From Angustibacter luteus (GTDB taxonomy: Bacteria > Actinomycetota > Actinomycetes > Actinomycetales > Angustibacteraceae): a stretch of 55,952 nt of DNA. The DNA is taken from positions 1,240,001 to 1,295,952 of the forward strand of contig NZ_BAABFP010000002.1 of NCBI RefSeq assembly GCF_039541115.1, written 5' to 3'. Positions 1 to 10,468 of this stretch are shown piece after piece (position 1 is the stretch's first letter; each line of letters opens with the position of its first letter). The notes under the pieces are model-generated. The model was not told the origin of the DNA and made no database searches. It saw nothing but the letters and a program-made list of their open reading frames with translations. The translations under genes and the position numbers were made by a program.

Positions 1-123
1 CGCCAGCACGCCCGGTTGATCGAGGGGTCGCTGTTCGACGAGACCTGCGACATCTGGGACTCGCGCGGCCGGCTGGTCGCCACCGGGCACCAGCTGGCCG
101 GGATCCGGGTGCCGCGGGCCTGA
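1..123 (+). CDS. 3' end of a probable acyl-CoA thioesterase (hotdog-fold, TesB-like) family protein, partial
   Basis: Frame 1 reads RQHARLIEGSLFDETCDIWDSRGRLVATGHQLAGIRVPRA*. The 'E-x-C-x-IWDxxGRLVAxxxQ' pattern resembles thioesterase-family C-termini. Confidence 0.6.
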   Translation, partial: RQHARLIEGSLFDETCDIWDSRGRLVATGHQLAGIRVPRA

Positions 124-281
124 GCGTCCGCCCAGCGAAACGGTTGGCGCGGGCGGGAACACCTGCGAGAGCCTGGATCTTGCACCTGGTGGACGACGTC
201 GTCCGACCGCTTGGAAACCCCTGCCCGTCCCCGCCCCGTTGAGGGCCGCCCCGCCATGTCCTTGTTCGAGGAGCTCTCGCC

Positions 282-1538
282 GTGACGACCGCCTGCCCAC
301 CCGACACCACGACCGCACCCGCGGTCGCCGCGCCGACCTCCCGCGTCGGCCGGCTCGGGGTGCCGATCGGGCTCGTCGTGGTGCTCGGCGCCCTGCAGGG
401 CATCGGCCCGCTCTCGCTGGACACCTACCTCCCCGCGCTGCCCGACATCGCGCACGACCTGTCCGCCTCGACGTCGGCGACGCAGCTCACGCTGACCGCG
501 ACGCTGGCCGGGCTGGCCGTGGGACAGCTGTTCTTCGGGCCGATGAGCGACCGGCTCGGACGTCGTCGTCCGCTCATCGTGGGTCTCGCGGTCTACGTGG
601 TGGCGTCGCTGCTGTGCGCGGTCGCGCCGAACATCGGCCTGCTGATCGCCGGCCGCACGCTGCAGGGCTTCACGGCCGCGGCCGGGATGGTCAGCGCGAT
701 GGCGATCGCCCGGGACGTCTCGAACGGCGCCGCGATGGCCCGACTGTTCGCGGCGCTGATGCTGGTGACCGGGGCGGCGCCGGTCATCGCTCCCGTGCTC
801 GGTGGCCAGCTGCTGCTGGTCACGTCCTGGCGCGGCATCTTCGGGCTGCTGGCCGTGGCGGGCGTGCTGCTGCTGCTCACCGCGACGTTCCGGGTGCCTG
901 AGACGCTGCCGGTCGAGCGGCGCCGGGTGGGCGGCTTCGGCGAGACCGTGTCCACGTTCCGCCGGTTGGTGCGCGACCCGGGGTTCCGGACCCCGCTGCT
1001 GGCGATGGTGCTGTCCTGCGCGGGTCTGTTCGGTTACCTGGCCGGCTCGCCGTTCCTGCTGCAGGACGTGCACGGGCTCTCGGCGCAGGCCTACAGCGCG
1101 CTGTTCGCGGTCAACACCATCGGCCTGACCGGGCTCAGCCAGCTCAGCGGACGGATCGTGCACCGCACGGGTCCGCGGGTGCTGCTGCTGGCCGGGACGT
1201 CGATCTGTGCCGTCGGCGGCCTGGGGCTGCTGGCCGCCACCCTGGCCGGTGCCGGGCTGCTGGCCATCGTGCCCGCGCTCTTCCTCGTGGTCTCGGGGAT
1301 GGGCTTCGTCTTCCCCAACGCCACCGCGCTCGCCCTCGCCGACCACGGCGACACGGCGGGTTCGGCGTCCGCGCTGCTCGGGACCGGTCAGTTCCTGGCC
1401 GGCGCGGTGGCCGCGCCGCTGGTCGGGCTCGGCCCGGACGCCTCGCTCACGATGGCCGTGGTGATCGCCGTCGTGACCGTGGCTTCCGTCGGCGCCGCGC
1501 TGTCCGGCAGCCGGCGCCGCGAGCTCGCGCTGGCCTGA
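282..1538 (+). CDS. Bcr/CflA-family multidrug efflux MFS transporter
   Basis: 418 aa with about 12 hydrophobic segments; motifs LSLDTYLPALP and GPMSDRLGRRRP (MFS motif A); GAGGAG RBS upstream. Confidence 0.92.
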   Translation: MTTACPPDTTTAPAVAAPTSRVGRLGVPIGLVVVLGALQGIGPLSLDTYLPALPDIAHDLSASTSATQLTLTATLAGLAVGQLFFGPMSDRLGRRRPLIVGLAVYVVASLLCAVAPNIGLLIAGRTLQGFTAAAGMVSAMAIARDVSNGAAMARLFAALMLVTGAAPVIAPVLGGQLLLVTSWRGIFGLLAVAGVLLLLTATFRVPETLPVERRRVGGFGETVSTFRRLVRDPGFRTPLLAMVLSCAGLFGYLAGSPFLLQDVHGLSAQAYSALFAVNTIGLTGLSQLSGRIVHRTGPRVLLLAGTSICAVGGLGLLAATLAGAGLLAIVPALFLVVSGMGFVFPNATALALADHGDTAGSASALLGTGQFLAGAVAAPLVGLGPDASLTMAVVIAVVTVASVGAALSGSRRRELALA

Positions 1539-1567
1539 AGGGCTGGCACGGGTTCTCGTCGCGGGTT

Positions 1568-2152
1568 CTAGTCGCGGGTCCAGCCGGGCCCGGTGGGGAC
1601 GGGCGAGCCCACCTTGGTCGCCTCGGCGGCGCCGCGGGCCGCGGTGTCGGCACCCTCGTTCAGGACGTGGCCGACGTGCGCCTTGGTCCAGACCAGCTCG
1701 GTGGCGCTGCGGGTGGCCAGCAGCTCGACGACCGGCTTGATCAGGTCGACGTTCTTCACGTCCTGGCGGTCCTTGGTCTTCCAGCCGTTGCGCGCCCAGC
1801 CGCGGCACCAGGTGGTCGTGCACTGCAGCGCGTACTGGCTGTCCAGGAAGATCGTGACCCGGTCGTCCGGCCGGTGCGCGGTGGCCCGCAAGAACCGCAG
1901 CAGGGCCATCAGCTCCATCCGGTTGTTCGTGTCCACCCCGCCCTCGGGTGACCCGGCCGCCCAGCAGTCCGGCCCCAGGTACCAGCCCCAGCCGGCGAAC
2001 CCGGGGTTCGACCCGACGGCCGAGCCGTCCACCGCGACCTCGTACTGCTGGACGTCGGTGGCGGGCTCGCGCTGCTGGATCGGCTGGGGGGCAGGCTCGA
2101 GAGGGGCCTCGACGGTTGGCTCGAGGTCGAACAGCGAGAACTGCTCGGGCAT
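1568..2152 (-). CDS. Ribonuclease HI family protein
   Basis: Motifs VAVDGSA, TNNRMEL, FLDSQY, W..NGWKT, VKNVDL, WTKAHVGHVLNEGAD. Start re-called at MPEQFSLF, 5 bp after the purL stop. Confidence 0.88.
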   Translation of the reverse strand: MPEQFSLFDLEPTVEAPLEPAPQPIQQREPATDVQQYEVAVDGSAVGSNPGFAGWGWYLGPDCWAAGSPEGGVDTNNRMELMALLRFLRATAHRPDDRVTIFLDSQYALQCTTTWCRGWARNGWKTKDRQDVKNVDLIKPVVELLATRSATELVWTKAHVGHVLNEGADTAARGAAEATKVGSPVPTGPGWTRD

Positions 2153-2157
2153 CCGGG

Positions 2158-4443
2158 TCAGTTCTCGAAGACGGCGGGCAGGGTGGCCTCGTGCGCGGTC
2201 TGCAGCTCGTCCAGCGGCAGCACGAACTGACCCTGGACGTCGAGGGCCTGGCTCTCGTCGTCCACCACCCCGATACGCAGGTGCGCGACGCCGCGGGCGG
2301 TGCACATGTCGGTGAACCGCACCTCCTCCGAACGCGGCACGGACACGATCACCCGCGCCGTGGACTCGCTGAACAGCGCCACGAACGGGTCGATGCCGTC
2401 GCGCTCGCACAGCTCGTCCAGCCAGACCCGGGCACCGACGCCGTACCGCAGGCAGCCCTCGGCCAGCGCGATCGCCAGGCCGCCGTCGGACAGGTCGTGC
2501 GCGGCGTCCACCATGCCGTCCCGCGAGGCGGCGACCAGGATCTCGCCGAGCACCTGCTCGGCGGCCAGGTCGACGGTCGGCGGCAGCCCACCGAGGTGGC
2601 CGTGCACGACGTCCGCCCAGGACGACCCCCCGAACTCGTCGCGGGTGGACCCGACCAGGTAGATGACCTGGCCCGGCTCGCGCCAGCCGGACGGCGTCCG
2701 CCGCGCGACGTCGTCCAGCACCCCGAGGACGCCCACGACCGGGGTCGGGTGGATCGCGACGTCCCCGGTCTGGTTGTAGAGGCTGACGTTGCCGCCGGTG
2801 ACCGGGACGCCGAGCTCCTGGCAGCCGTCGGCCAGGCCGGTGACGGCCTGGGCGAACTGCCACATCACGCCCGGGTCCTCTGGTGAGCCGAAGTTCAGGC
2901 AGTCGGTGACGGCCAGCGGGACGGCGCCAGAGGTCGCCACGTTGCGGTAGGCCTCGGCCAGCGCCAGCTGGGCCCCCGAGTACGGGTCGAGCGCGGCGAA
3001 GCGGGCGTTGCAGTCGGTCGAGATCGCGACGCCGAGACCGGACTCCTCGTCCACCCGGACCACGCCCGCGTCGTCCGGCATCGCCAGGGCGGTGTTGCCC
3101 ATGACGTACCGGTCGTACTGGTCGGTGACCCAGGCGCGGCTGCTGAGGTTCGGTGAGGACGCCAGCTGCAGCAGGGTCGCGCGCAGCTCGTCCCCGGACG
3201 CCGGGCGGGCCAGCCGCTCGGGGGTCGGGACGTCGGCCTGCAGGGCGTCCAGGGTCGCCGGCCGCGCGTACGGGCGCTCGTAGACCGGTCCGTCGTGCGC
3301 CACCGTGCGCGGCGGCACGTCGACGACGGTCTCCCCGTGCCAGTCGATGACCAGCCGGCCCGTCGTGGTCACCTCGCCGACCACGGTGGCCTCGACGTCC
3401 CAGCGGTTCGTGATGGCCATGAACTCGTCCAGGTGGGCGGGCGTGACGACCGCCATCATCCGCTCCTGCGACTCGCTCATCAGGATCTCTTCGGGCGCCA
3501 ACGTGTTGTCCCGCAACGGGACCCGGTCCAGCCAGACCTGCATGCCGCCGTCACCGTTGCTGGCCAGCTCGCTGGTCGCGCAGGACAGCCCGGCACCGCC
3601 GAGGTCCTGGATGCCCTCGACCACGCGGGCCGCGAACAGGTCCAGGCAGCACTCGATGAGCACCTTCTCGGCGAACGGGTCGCCGACCTGCACAGCCGGG
3701 CGCTTGCTGGGCCCGGTGGAGTCGAACGTCTCGGAGGCCAGCACCGAGACCCCGCCGATGCCGTCGCCGCCGGTCTTGGCGCCGAACAGGATGACCAGGT
3801 TGCCCGCGCCGGAGGCGTTCGCGAGGTGGATGTCCTCGTGCCGCATCGACCCGACGCACAGGGCGTTGACCAGCGGGTTGCCCTGGTAGCAGGGGTCGAA
3901 GACGACCTCGCCGCCGATGTTCGGCAGCCCCAGGCAGTTGCCGTAACCCCCCACTCCCGCAACGATTCCGGGGACGACGCGGTGGGTGTCCGGGTGGTCG
4001 ATCGCGCCGAACCGCAACGGGTCCATCACCGCGATCGGGCGCGCGCCCATGCTCATGATGTCGCGCACGATGCCGCCGACCCCGGTCGCCGCGCCCTGGT
4101 ACGGCTCGACGTACGAGGGGTGGTTGTGGCTCTCCACCTTGAACGTGACGGCCCAGCCGTCGCCGATGTCGACGACGCCGGCGTTCTCGCCGATGCCGAC
4201 CATCAGCTTCTCGCGCATGGCATCCGTGGTCTTGTCGCCGAACTGGCGCAGGTGCACCTTGCTCGACTTGTAGGAGCAGTGCTCGCTCCACATGACGCTG
4301 TACATCGCCAGCTCGGACGACGTCGGACGGCGGTCCAGGATCTCCCGGATCCGCTGGTACTCATCGGGTTTGAGACCGAGCTCGGCCCAGGGCTGCTCGA
4401 CGTCCGGGCTGGTCAGCGCCGCCGTCACCGTGTCGACGCTCAC
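2158..4443 (-). CDS. purL: Phosphoribosylformylglycinamidine synthase subunit PurL
   Basis: 761 aa; motifs [59 protein letters not shown]. Confidence 0.98.
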   Translation of the reverse strand: MSVDTVTAALTSPDVEQPWAELGLKPDEYQRIREILDRRPTSSELAMYSVMWSEHCSYKSSKVHLRQFGDKTTDAMREKLMVGIGENAGVVDIGDGWAVTFKVESHNHPSYVEPYQGAATGVGGIVRDIMSMGARPIAVMDPLRFGAIDHPDTHRVVPGIVAGVGGYGNCLGLPNIGGEVVFDPCYQGNPLVNALCVGSMRHEDIHLANASGAGNLVILFGAKTGGDGIGGVSVLASETFDSTGPSKRPAVQVGDPFAEKVLIECCLDLFAARVVEGIQDLGGAGLSCATSELASNGDGGMQVWLDRVPLRDNTLAPEEILMSESQERMMAVVTPAHLDEFMAITNRWDVEATVVGEVTTTGRLVIDWHGETVVDVPPRTVAHDGPVYERPYARPATLDALQADVPTPERLARPASGDELRATLLQLASSPNLSSRAWVTDQYDRYVMGNTALAMPDDAGVVRVDEESGLGVAISTDCNARFAALDPYSGAQLALAEAYRNVATSGAVPLAVTDCLNFGSPEDPGVMWQFAQAVTGLADGCQELGVPVTGGNVSLYNQTGDVAIHPTPVVGVLGVLDDVARRTPSGWREPGQVIYLVGSTRDEFGGSSWADVVHGHLGGLPPTVDLAAEQVLGEILVAASRDGMVDAAHDLSDGGLAIALAEGCLRYGVGARVWLDELCERDGIDPFVALFSESTARVIVSVPRSEEVRFTDMCTARGVAHLRIGVVDDESQALDVQGQFVLPLDELQTAHEATLPAVFEN

Positions 4444-5141
4444 GCGCGCACCAGCCCCTCCAACGTCGCCACGGCAGAGGTGAAGAAGCCCAGACCGTCC
4501 AGCCCGGCGGTGCCGCTGCGCGGGTCGGGGCCGTAGCCGGGCTCCGTCGCGTGCTCGGGGTGCGGCATCAGGCCGACGACGTTGCCGGCGGCGTTGGAGA
4601 TGCCCGCGATCGCCCGGTAGGAGCCGTTCGGGTTGTCGCCCAGGTAGCGGGCGACCACGCGGCCCTCCCCCTCGAGCTCGTCGAGGGTGCGGTCGTCGGC
4701 GACGAACCCCCCCTCACCGTTCTTCAGCGGGACGACGATCTGCTGGCCGCGCTGGTAGGCGCTCGTCCAGGCCGTGTCGACCCGCTCGATGGCCAGCGCC
4801 TGGTCGCGGCACACGAACTTGCGGTGGTCGTTGCGGACCAGCGCGCCGGGCAGCAGGTGCGCCTCGCAGAGCACCTGGAAGCCGTTGCAGATGCCGAGCA
4901 CGGGCAGCCCGCCGCGGGCGGCGTCCACCAGGGGCTCCATCACCGGGGCGAACCGGGCGATCGCGCCGCAGCGCAGGTAGTCGCCGTAGCTGAAGCCACC
5001 CGGGATGACGATCGCGTCGACACCGTGCAGGTCCGCGTCGCCGTGCCACAGCGAGACCGATTCGGCGCCGGCCAGCCGGGCCGCCCGGGCGGCGTCCTTG
5101 TCGTCGAGGGAGCCAGGGAAGGTGACGACCCCGATCCGCAT
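4440..5141 (-). CDS. purQ: FGAM synthase glutaminase subunit PurQ
   Basis: Begins [14 protein letters not shown]; motifs [26 protein letters not shown]; overlaps the purL start and purS stop. Confidence 0.97.
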   Translation of the reverse strand: MRIGVVTFPGSLDDKDAARAARLAGAESVSLWHGDADLHGVDAIVIPGGFSYGDYLRCGAIARFAPVMEPLVDAARGGLPVLGICNGFQVLCEAHLLPGALVRNDHRKFVCRDQALAIERVDTAWTSAYQRGQQIVVPLKNGEGGFVADDRTLDELEGEGRVVARYLGDNPNGSYRAIAGISNAAGNVVGLMPHPEHATEPGYGPDPRSGTAGLDGLGFFTSAVATLEGLVRA

Positions 5142-5446
5142 CAGGCCACCGCGCCCGAGGCGTCCGGGTCGTCGTCGTGGTGGTCGGCCGAGTGGTGCTC
5201 GTCGGCGGCCGCCACCCGGACGACGTCCTCGATCACCGGGTTCGACAGCAGCGTGGCGGCGGCCTCGCGGGCGGCGGCGAGCACCTCGGGGGTGACCTCG
5301 CCGTCCACCTCGAGCTCGAACCGCTTGCCCTGGCGGACGGATGTGAACCCCGTGAAGCCCAGCCGCGGCAGGGCGCCGGCGACGGCCTGGCCCTGCGGGT
5401 CGAGGATCTCGGGCTTGAGCATGACGTCGACGACGACGCGTCCCAT
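5141..5446 (-). CDS. purS: FGAM synthase subunit PurS
   Basis: [37 protein letters not shown]; carries an extra His/Asp-rich tail. Confidence 0.96.
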   Translation of the reverse strand: MGRVVVDVMLKPEILDPQGQAVAGALPRLGFTGFTSVRQGKRFELEVDGEVTPEVLAAAREAAATLLSNPVIEDVVRVAAADEHHSADHHDDDPDASGAVA

Positions 5447-5547
5447 GCAGGCGCTCCAGATGACGGCGGCCTTGCGGCCGGGCGAGCAGCGGTCCGCTCA
5501 GCGTACCGACCGCCGGGCCCTCCCCCCGCCACCGGGCCTCCGAGTGG

Positions 5548-5626
5548 CGCGGGGGCACCCAGCAACGAACCTCTTGGAGCAGGGGCACCCAGTGACGTGC
5601 CGCGAATGGAGCAGGGTGCCCCCGCG
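5548..5626. repeat. Intergenic REP-like palindromic element (family D)
   Basis: Perfect 13-bp inverted ends CGCGGGGGCACCC (5548-5560) / GGGTGCCCCCGCG (5614-5626); internal direct repeats GGGGCACCCAG (5552, 5582) and TGGAGCAGGG (5575, 5607). Confidence 0.65.
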
Positions 5627-5646
5627 GCGAAGGCGGGCGGGCCGGG

Positions 5647-6879
5647 TCAGCGGAGGCGATCGGTGAGCAGGGCCTGCTCGGCGACGTTGCCGGTCGCGGC
5701 GAGCGCCAGCCGGTCGGCGGCCCGCGCCTCGTCGAGCCGGCCGAGGTCGCGCAGCAGCTGGGCGCGGGTGGCGTGCAGCAGGTGGAACCGGCGCAGCGGG
5801 CGGGCCAGTGCGTCCACCTCGGCGAGCGCCACGTCCGGCCCCTCGACCCTCGCCGTCGCGACCGCCCGGTTGAGCCGCACCACGGGGGACGGGTCGTGCC
5901 GCAGCAGCAGGTCGTACAGGGTGAGGATCTGCAACCAGTCGGTCTCGTCCCAGGTCTTGGCCTCGCAGTGGCAGGCGGCGATCGCCGCCTGCAGCTGGTA
6001 GCGCCCCGGACGACGCATCGCCGCCGCCCGCTCCAGCAGCTCGATCGCCGCGGCCACCTCGCCGTGGCGCCACAGCGACCGGTCCTGGTCGGCCAGCAGC
6101 ACCAGGCGACCACCGTCGAACCGGGCGGCAGCCCGCGCCTGGTGCAGCCGGAGCAGCACGAGCAGGCCCAGGGCCTCGGGCTCGTCGGGCAGCGCGGTGG
6201 CGATCACGCCGGCGAGCCAGGTCGCGTCCTCGGCCAGGTCGCGGCGGGTCGGGTCGGGGCCGCCGGTGGCCAGGTACGCCTCGTTGTAGGCGGTGGCGAC
6301 GACGGTGAGCACCACGTCCAGGCGCTCGGGCAGCTCACCGACCGAGGGCACCCGCAGCGGGATCGCCGCCGCACCGATCTTGCGCTTGGCCCGGCTGATC
6401 CGCTGCGCGACGGTGGCCTCGGGTTCGAAGGTGGCCCGGGCGATCTCAGCGGTCGTCAGGCCCAGGACGGCGCGCAGGGTCAGCACGAGGCGGGACGCCG
6501 GAGCCAGCGCCGGGTGGCAGCAGCCGAAGAGCAGTGCCAGCCGCTCGTCGTCCCCGGGCACGACCCCGTCCACCGGCTCCGCCTGCACCGCGCGCGACCC
6601 GGCCGCCCACTCCCCCAGGGACGGCAGCCGGGCCCGCAGCCGGGCGTCGCGGCGGAGCCGGTCCAGCGCGTTGCGACGGGCCGCGGTGTGCAGCCAGGCC
6701 GCCGGACGGTCCGGGATCCCGTCCCGCCGCCACGCGGTCAGCGCCTCCGCGACGGCGTCGGCCACCGCCTCCTCGGCGACGTCCAGGTCACCGAGGCTGC
6801 GGTGCAGCAGGCCGACCAGGCGCCCGGACTCGGCCCGGACGACGGTCTCCAGCGCCAGGTCGGCGCCGACGTCCGCCAT
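5647..6879 (-). CDS. ECF sigma factor with long C-terminal TPR-like extension (ECF42 type)
   Basis: Region 2 (AEEAVADA..W...G.P.RPAAWL..AARR.ALD.LRR), [12 protein letters not shown], region 4 ([10 protein letters not shown]...[12 protein letters not shown]), [19 protein letters not shown]; lies directly behind a DGPF/YciI gene. Confidence 0.9.
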   Translation of the reverse strand: MADVGADLALETVVRAESGRLVGLLHRSLGDLDVAEEAVADAVAEALTAWRRDGIPDRPAAWLHTAARRNALDRLRRDARLRARLPSLGEWAAGSRAVQAEPVDGVVPGDDERLALLFGCCHPALAPASRLVLTLRAVLGLTTAEIARATFEPEATVAQRISRAKRKIGAAAIPLRVPSVGELPERLDVVLTVVATAYNEAYLATGGPDPTRRDLAEDATWLAGVIATALPDEPEALGLLVLLRLHQARAAARFDGGRLVLLADQDRSLWRHGEVAAAIELLERAAAMRRPGRYQLQAAIAACHCEAKTWDETDWLQILTLYDLLLRHDPSPVVRLNRAVATARVEGPDVALAEVDALARPLRRFHLLHATRAQLLRDLGRLDEARAADRLALAATGNVAEQALLTDRLR

Positions 6880-6882
6880 GAC

Positions 6883-7251
6883 CTACATGTCGCCCGAGTG
6901 GTCGACGATCGGCCGGACCTCCACGCTGATCCCGGGCAGCACCAGGTACGGCCAGGTCCGGGCGATGGCGATCGCGGCGTCCAGGTCCTCGACGTCCAGG
7001 ATGGAGAACCCGCCGACGACCTCCTTGGCCTCGGAGAACGGTCCGTCCACGACGACCGGCTCCCCGCCGTCCCGGCCGGCCTTGACGGTGGTGGCGGTGG
7101 TGACGGGCTGGAGCTCGGCGCCGCCGTCCGCGAAGGACGGACCGTACTTGTCGAACCAGGTGTAGACCTCGCCGTAGATCGCCTCGAGGCGCTCGGCGGG
7201 GACGTCGGCGAGCTGGGCCGGCTCTGACGTGAACATGATGACGTACTTCAT
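6883..7251 (-). CDS. YciI/DGPF family protein
   Basis: MKYVIMF...TATTV...VVDGPFSEAKEVVGGFSIL...[16 protein letters not shown]. Start re-called inside the longer 6883..9192 ORF. Confidence 0.93.
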   Translation of the reverse strand: MKYVIMFTSEPAQLADVPAERLEAIYGEVYTWFDKYGPSFADGGAELQPVTTATTVKAGRDGGEPVVVDGPFSEAKEVVGGFSILDVEDLDAAIAIARTWPYLVLPGISVEVRPIVDHSGDM

Positions 7252-7285
7252 GGTTTCCTCCTCGGTCGAAGACTGACACCCCCAT

Positions 7286-7312
7286 GACGAACAGGACCAG
7301 CCCTTCTCGACA
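7286..7312 (-). promoter_or_regulatory. ECF42-type promoter for the DGPF-ECF operon
   Basis: Minus strand reads TGTCGA-N17-CGTC, about 35 bp upstream of the DGPF start, matching the described ECF42 -35 TGTCGA / -10 CG(A/T)C consensus. Confidence 0.8.
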
Positions 7313-7392
7313 CCCGTCGCCAAGAACATCGCCCGCACGGCAGACTCGGCGGGGGCCCGACCCACCTGGCCCGTCCGGACAACGGAGGCGAC

Positions 7393-8796
7393 ATGACGTC
7401 CACGACCAGCTGGACCACCCCGGGGACCGCGCAGGCGGCGTCGCTCGACGGTCGGTCGTTCACCTTCTCGATGCCCTCGGACGCGGAGCTGATCAGCGGC
7501 GACCTCGTCGTGCTGGCCACCGTGGACGAGCGCCGACTGTGCGGTCAGCTGCACGACAAGCGGCTGGGCGCCCCGGGCGAGGCCGTCGGCACGGGTGCCG
7601 TGCTGGGCACGATCGAGGACGACGTCCTGCGGGGCGGGGTGATCGAGCCGTTCGCGAGCGCGACCATCTCCGGAGCGCCGGCCCCCCTGTGGGAAGCGGT
7701 GCAGCGCGGGGCGGGGGCGACCATGCCCGTCGGGTCGGCGCGGGCGGGCCACGCGTACCTGCGCCCGGCCGGCGTCAACCGGCACACGTTCCTCTGCGGC
7801 CAGAGCGGCTCGGGCAAGTCCTACGCGCTCGGCGTGCTGCTCGAGCAGATCATCCTGGACACCGAGCTGCCGCTGGTGATCCTCGATCCCAACGCGGACT
7901 TCGTCCGGCTCGGCGAGCCCACGGAGCAGGCCCCGCCGGAGGTGGTCGACCGGTTGGCCGACACCCGGTTCGACGTGCTCACGGCCCGCACCGATGCCGC
8001 CGCCACCGACCGCCTGTGCATCCGGTTCGACGAGCTCAGCACCCAGGCGAAGGCGGCCGTGCTGCGGCTGGACCCGCTGGCCGACCGGGAGGAGTACAAC
8101 GCGCTGCTCGATGCGGCCGAGCAGCTGCACACCCGGCGCGGCACGGACGTCGTCGCGGACCTCCTGGCCTCCGCCGAGCCCGGCGCGATCCTGCTGGCCG
8201 AGCGGATGAAGAACCTCGGCGTGCTGACCTGGGAGGTCTGGGCCTTCGAGGGCACCACGCTGACCGACCGGCTGGCCGACCAGGCCCGGGTGACCGTCCT
8301 CGACCTCGGCGGCTTCGAGCTCGCCGAGGAGCGGCTGGTGGTCGCCCTGGAGCTGCTGGACAACCTGTGGGAGAACCGGTCCAGCCGCCAGCCGACGCTC
8401 ATCGTGATCGACGAGGCGCACAACGTGTGCCCCGCCGAGCCGGTCACCCAGCTGGAGCGGGCGACGTCCGAGCGACTCGTGCAGATCGCCAACGAGGGCC
8501 GCAAGTACGGGCTGTGGCTGCTGCTGTGCACGCAGCGGCCGTCCAGGATCAACCCGGCGGTGCTGTCCCAGTGCGACAACCTGGCGCTGATGCGGATGAA
8601 CTCGCGGGCCGACCTCGCCCAGCTGCAGGAGACGTTCGGCTTCGTGCCGGCCGAGATGCTCGCGGCGGCGCCGTTCTTCCGGCAGGGCGAGTGCCTGATG
8701 GCCGGCGGGTTCACGCCGGTGCCCACGTTCGTCCAGATCGGCGGGCGTCGCACGCACCAGGGCGGCTCCGACGTCCCGGTGCCGTTGCGCGGCTGA
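7393..8796 (+). CDS. HerA/FtsK-superfamily ATPase (DUF87-like)
   Basis: Walker A GQSGSGKS, LVILDPNADF, Walker B IVIDEAHN, and EGRKYGLWLLLCTQRPS; GGAGG RBS. Confidence 0.88.
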   Translation: MTSTTSWTTPGTAQAASLDGRSFTFSMPSDAELISGDLVVLATVDERRLCGQLHDKRLGAPGEAVGTGAVLGTIEDDVLRGGVIEPFASATISGAPAPLWEAVQRGAGATMPVGSARAGHAYLRPAGVNRHTFLCGQSGSGKSYALGVLLEQIILDTELPLVILDPNADFVRLGEPTEQAPPEVVDRLADTRFDVLTARTDAAATDRLCIRFDELSTQAKAAVLRLDPLADREEYNALLDAAEQLHTRRGTDVVADLLASAEPGAILLAERMKNLGVLTWEVWAFEGTTLTDRLADQARVTVLDLGGFELAEERLVVALELLDNLWENRSSRQPTLIVIDEAHNVCPAEPVTQLERATSERLVQIANEGRKYGLWLLLCTQRPSRINPAVLSQCDNLALMRMNSRADLAQLQETFGFVPAEMLAAAPFFRQGECLMAGGFTPVPTFVQIGGRRTHQGGSDVPVPLRG

Positions 8797-8815
8797 CCGT
8801 GCCAGGCTGGGACCC

Positions 8816-9481
8816 ATGCGACTGACCCATCTCGGACACTCCTGCCTGCTCGTCGAGGTCGACGGCGCCCGCCTGCTGGTCGACCCCGGCGCCTTCAGCC
8901 AGGGCTTCGAGGAGCTCGGCGGCCTCGACGCGGTCCTGATCACCCACCAGCACGCCGACCACGTGGACGTCGAGCGGCTGCCCGCGCTGCTCGAGGCCAA
9001 CGACGGCGCGCTGCTGGTCGCCGAGCCGGAGACGGCGGCCGAGCTGCGCCAGGCCGGGATCGAGGCGCAGCCGCTGCACGCCGGGGACGAGCTCGAGATC
9101 GCCGGCGTGCCGGTGCGCGGGGCCGGTGGGCGGCACGCGGTGATCCACCCGGACGTGCCGCGGGTCGGCAACGTCGGGCTGCTCATCGGCACCTCGCGGG
9201 CGGACGGTGGGCAGGGCCTGCTCCTGCACCCCGGCGACGCGTACGACGTCGTGCCAGCGGACGTCGACGTGCTCGCGCTGCCGCTGAATGCGCCCTGGGC
9301 GAAGGTGTCCGAGACGATCGACTACCTGCGCGCCGTCGCGCCGGCTGTCGCTGTGCCGATCCACGACGCGCTGGTCCAGCCGATGGCCCGCGCCATGTAC
9401 CTGGGGCACTGCACCCGGCTCGCCCCGGAGTCGACGTCCGTCACCGACTGGAGCGGCGGCCAGCCCCTCGACGTCCCCTGA
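8816..9481 (+). CDS. MBL-fold metallo-hydrolase
   Basis: LGHSCLLVE, LVDPG, THQHADH (HxHxDH), HPGD, PIHD. Confidence 0.9.
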   Translation: MRLTHLGHSCLLVEVDGARLLVDPGAFSQGFEELGGLDAVLITHQHADHVDVERLPALLEANDGALLVAEPETAAELRQAGIEAQPLHAGDELEIAGVPVRGAGGRHAVIHPDVPRVGNVGLLIGTSRADGGQGLLLHPGDAYDVVPADVDVLALPLNAPWAKVSETIDYLRAVAPAVAVPIHDALVQPMARAMYLGHCTRLAPESTSVTDWSGGQPLDVP

Positions 9482-9515
9482 CCCGACCTCCCGCCGCACC
9501 CCCACCGGAAAGCCC

Positions 9516-9554
9516 GCTATTCGGGGTTATGGGCGCCGGATGACCCCGGATAGC
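9516..9554. terminator. Hairpin between convergent genes (terminator or REP-like)
   Basis: GCTATTCGGGGTTAT...ATGACCCCGGATAGC imperfect inverted repeat between the MBL and purC stops. Confidence 0.5.
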
Positions 9555-9574
9555 CCGCTAAGTGCGGTGGGCGT

Positions 9575-10468
9575 TCAGTGCGGGAAGTCGGTGCCGGTGA
9601 GGCGGCGGTAGGCCTCCAGGTAGGCCTCGCGGGTCCGGGCGACGACCCCGTCGGGCAGCGCCGGCGGCGGGAGGTCGGAACCGCGGTCCCAGCCGGACGC
9701 CGGGGAGGTCAGCCAGTCCCGCACGCCCTGCTTGTCGAACGAGGGCTGCGAGCCGCCGGGCGACCACAGCTCGAGCGGCCAGAACCGCGACGAGTCCGGG
9801 GTGAGCACCTCGTCGGCGAGCACCACGGCGCCCGCGGCGTCGACGCCGAACTCGAGCTTGGTGTCCGCCAGGACGACGCCCCGCTCGCGCGCGATGCCCT
9901 CGGCCCGGGCGTAGACGGCCAGCGTCAGGTCACGCAGCGTCGCGGCCACCTCGGCGCCCACCGTGTCCGCGACCCGCTCGAAGGTGACGTTCTCGTCGTG
10001 CTCGCCCAGCTCGGCCTTGGTCGCCGGGGTGAAGATCGGCTCCGGCAGGGGCGACCCGTCGACCAGCCCCGCCGGCAGCGGCACGCCGCAGACCGCCTGA
10101 CCCGCGCGGTACTCGACCAGGCCGGAGCCGGTGAGGTAGCCGCGCGCCACGCACTCCACCGGGTACATCGTCAGCTTCTGGGCCAGCACCGCGCGACCCT
10201 CGACCTCGGCCGGCACCGGACCGTCGACCAGGTGGTTCGGCACCAGGTCGGCGAGCTGGTCGAACCACCACGACGACATGGCGGTGAGGATCTTGCCCTT
10301 GTCGGGGATGGTCGAGGACAGCACGTGGTCGTAGGCCGAGATGCGGTCGCTGGCGACGACGAGCAGGTGCCCGGCCTCGTCGTCCGGCTCGTAGAGGTCG
10401 CGGACCTTGCCCGAGTAGATGTGCCGGTAGCCCGGCAGCGGTGGCGCCACGGGGATGTTGGCGATCAC
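9575..10468 (-). CDS. purC: SAICAR synthase
   Basis: [60 protein letters not shown]. Confidence 0.97.
   Translation of the reverse strand: MIANIPVAPPLPGYRHIYSGKVRDLYEPDDEAGHLLVVASDRISAYDHVLSSTIPDKGKILTAMSSWWFDQLADLVPNHLVDGPVPAEVEGRAVLAQKLTMYPVECVARGYLTGSGLVEYRAGQAVCGVPLPAGLVDGSPLPEPIFTPATKAELGEHDENVTFERVADTVGAEVAATLRDLTLAVYARAEGIARERGVVLADTKLEFGVDAAGAVVLADEVLTPDSSRFWPLELWSPGGSQPSFDKQGVRDWLTSPASGWDRGSDLPPPALPDGVVARTREAYLEAYRRLTGTDFPH

Noticed and set aside
133..150. LacI-like operator (GCGAAACGGTTGGC) upstream of the Bcr/CflA transporter
   Set aside because: Symmetry is poor and no LacI gene is visible in the window.
4440..9192. Apparent long N-terminal extensions or fusions in the ORF track (4440..6113, 6883..9192; also 1568..2863, 29900.., 33722.., 34984.., 48777.., 53822..)
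   Set aside because: The extensions overlap other real genes. Internal starts with RBS or stop-start overlaps give normal-length proteins.
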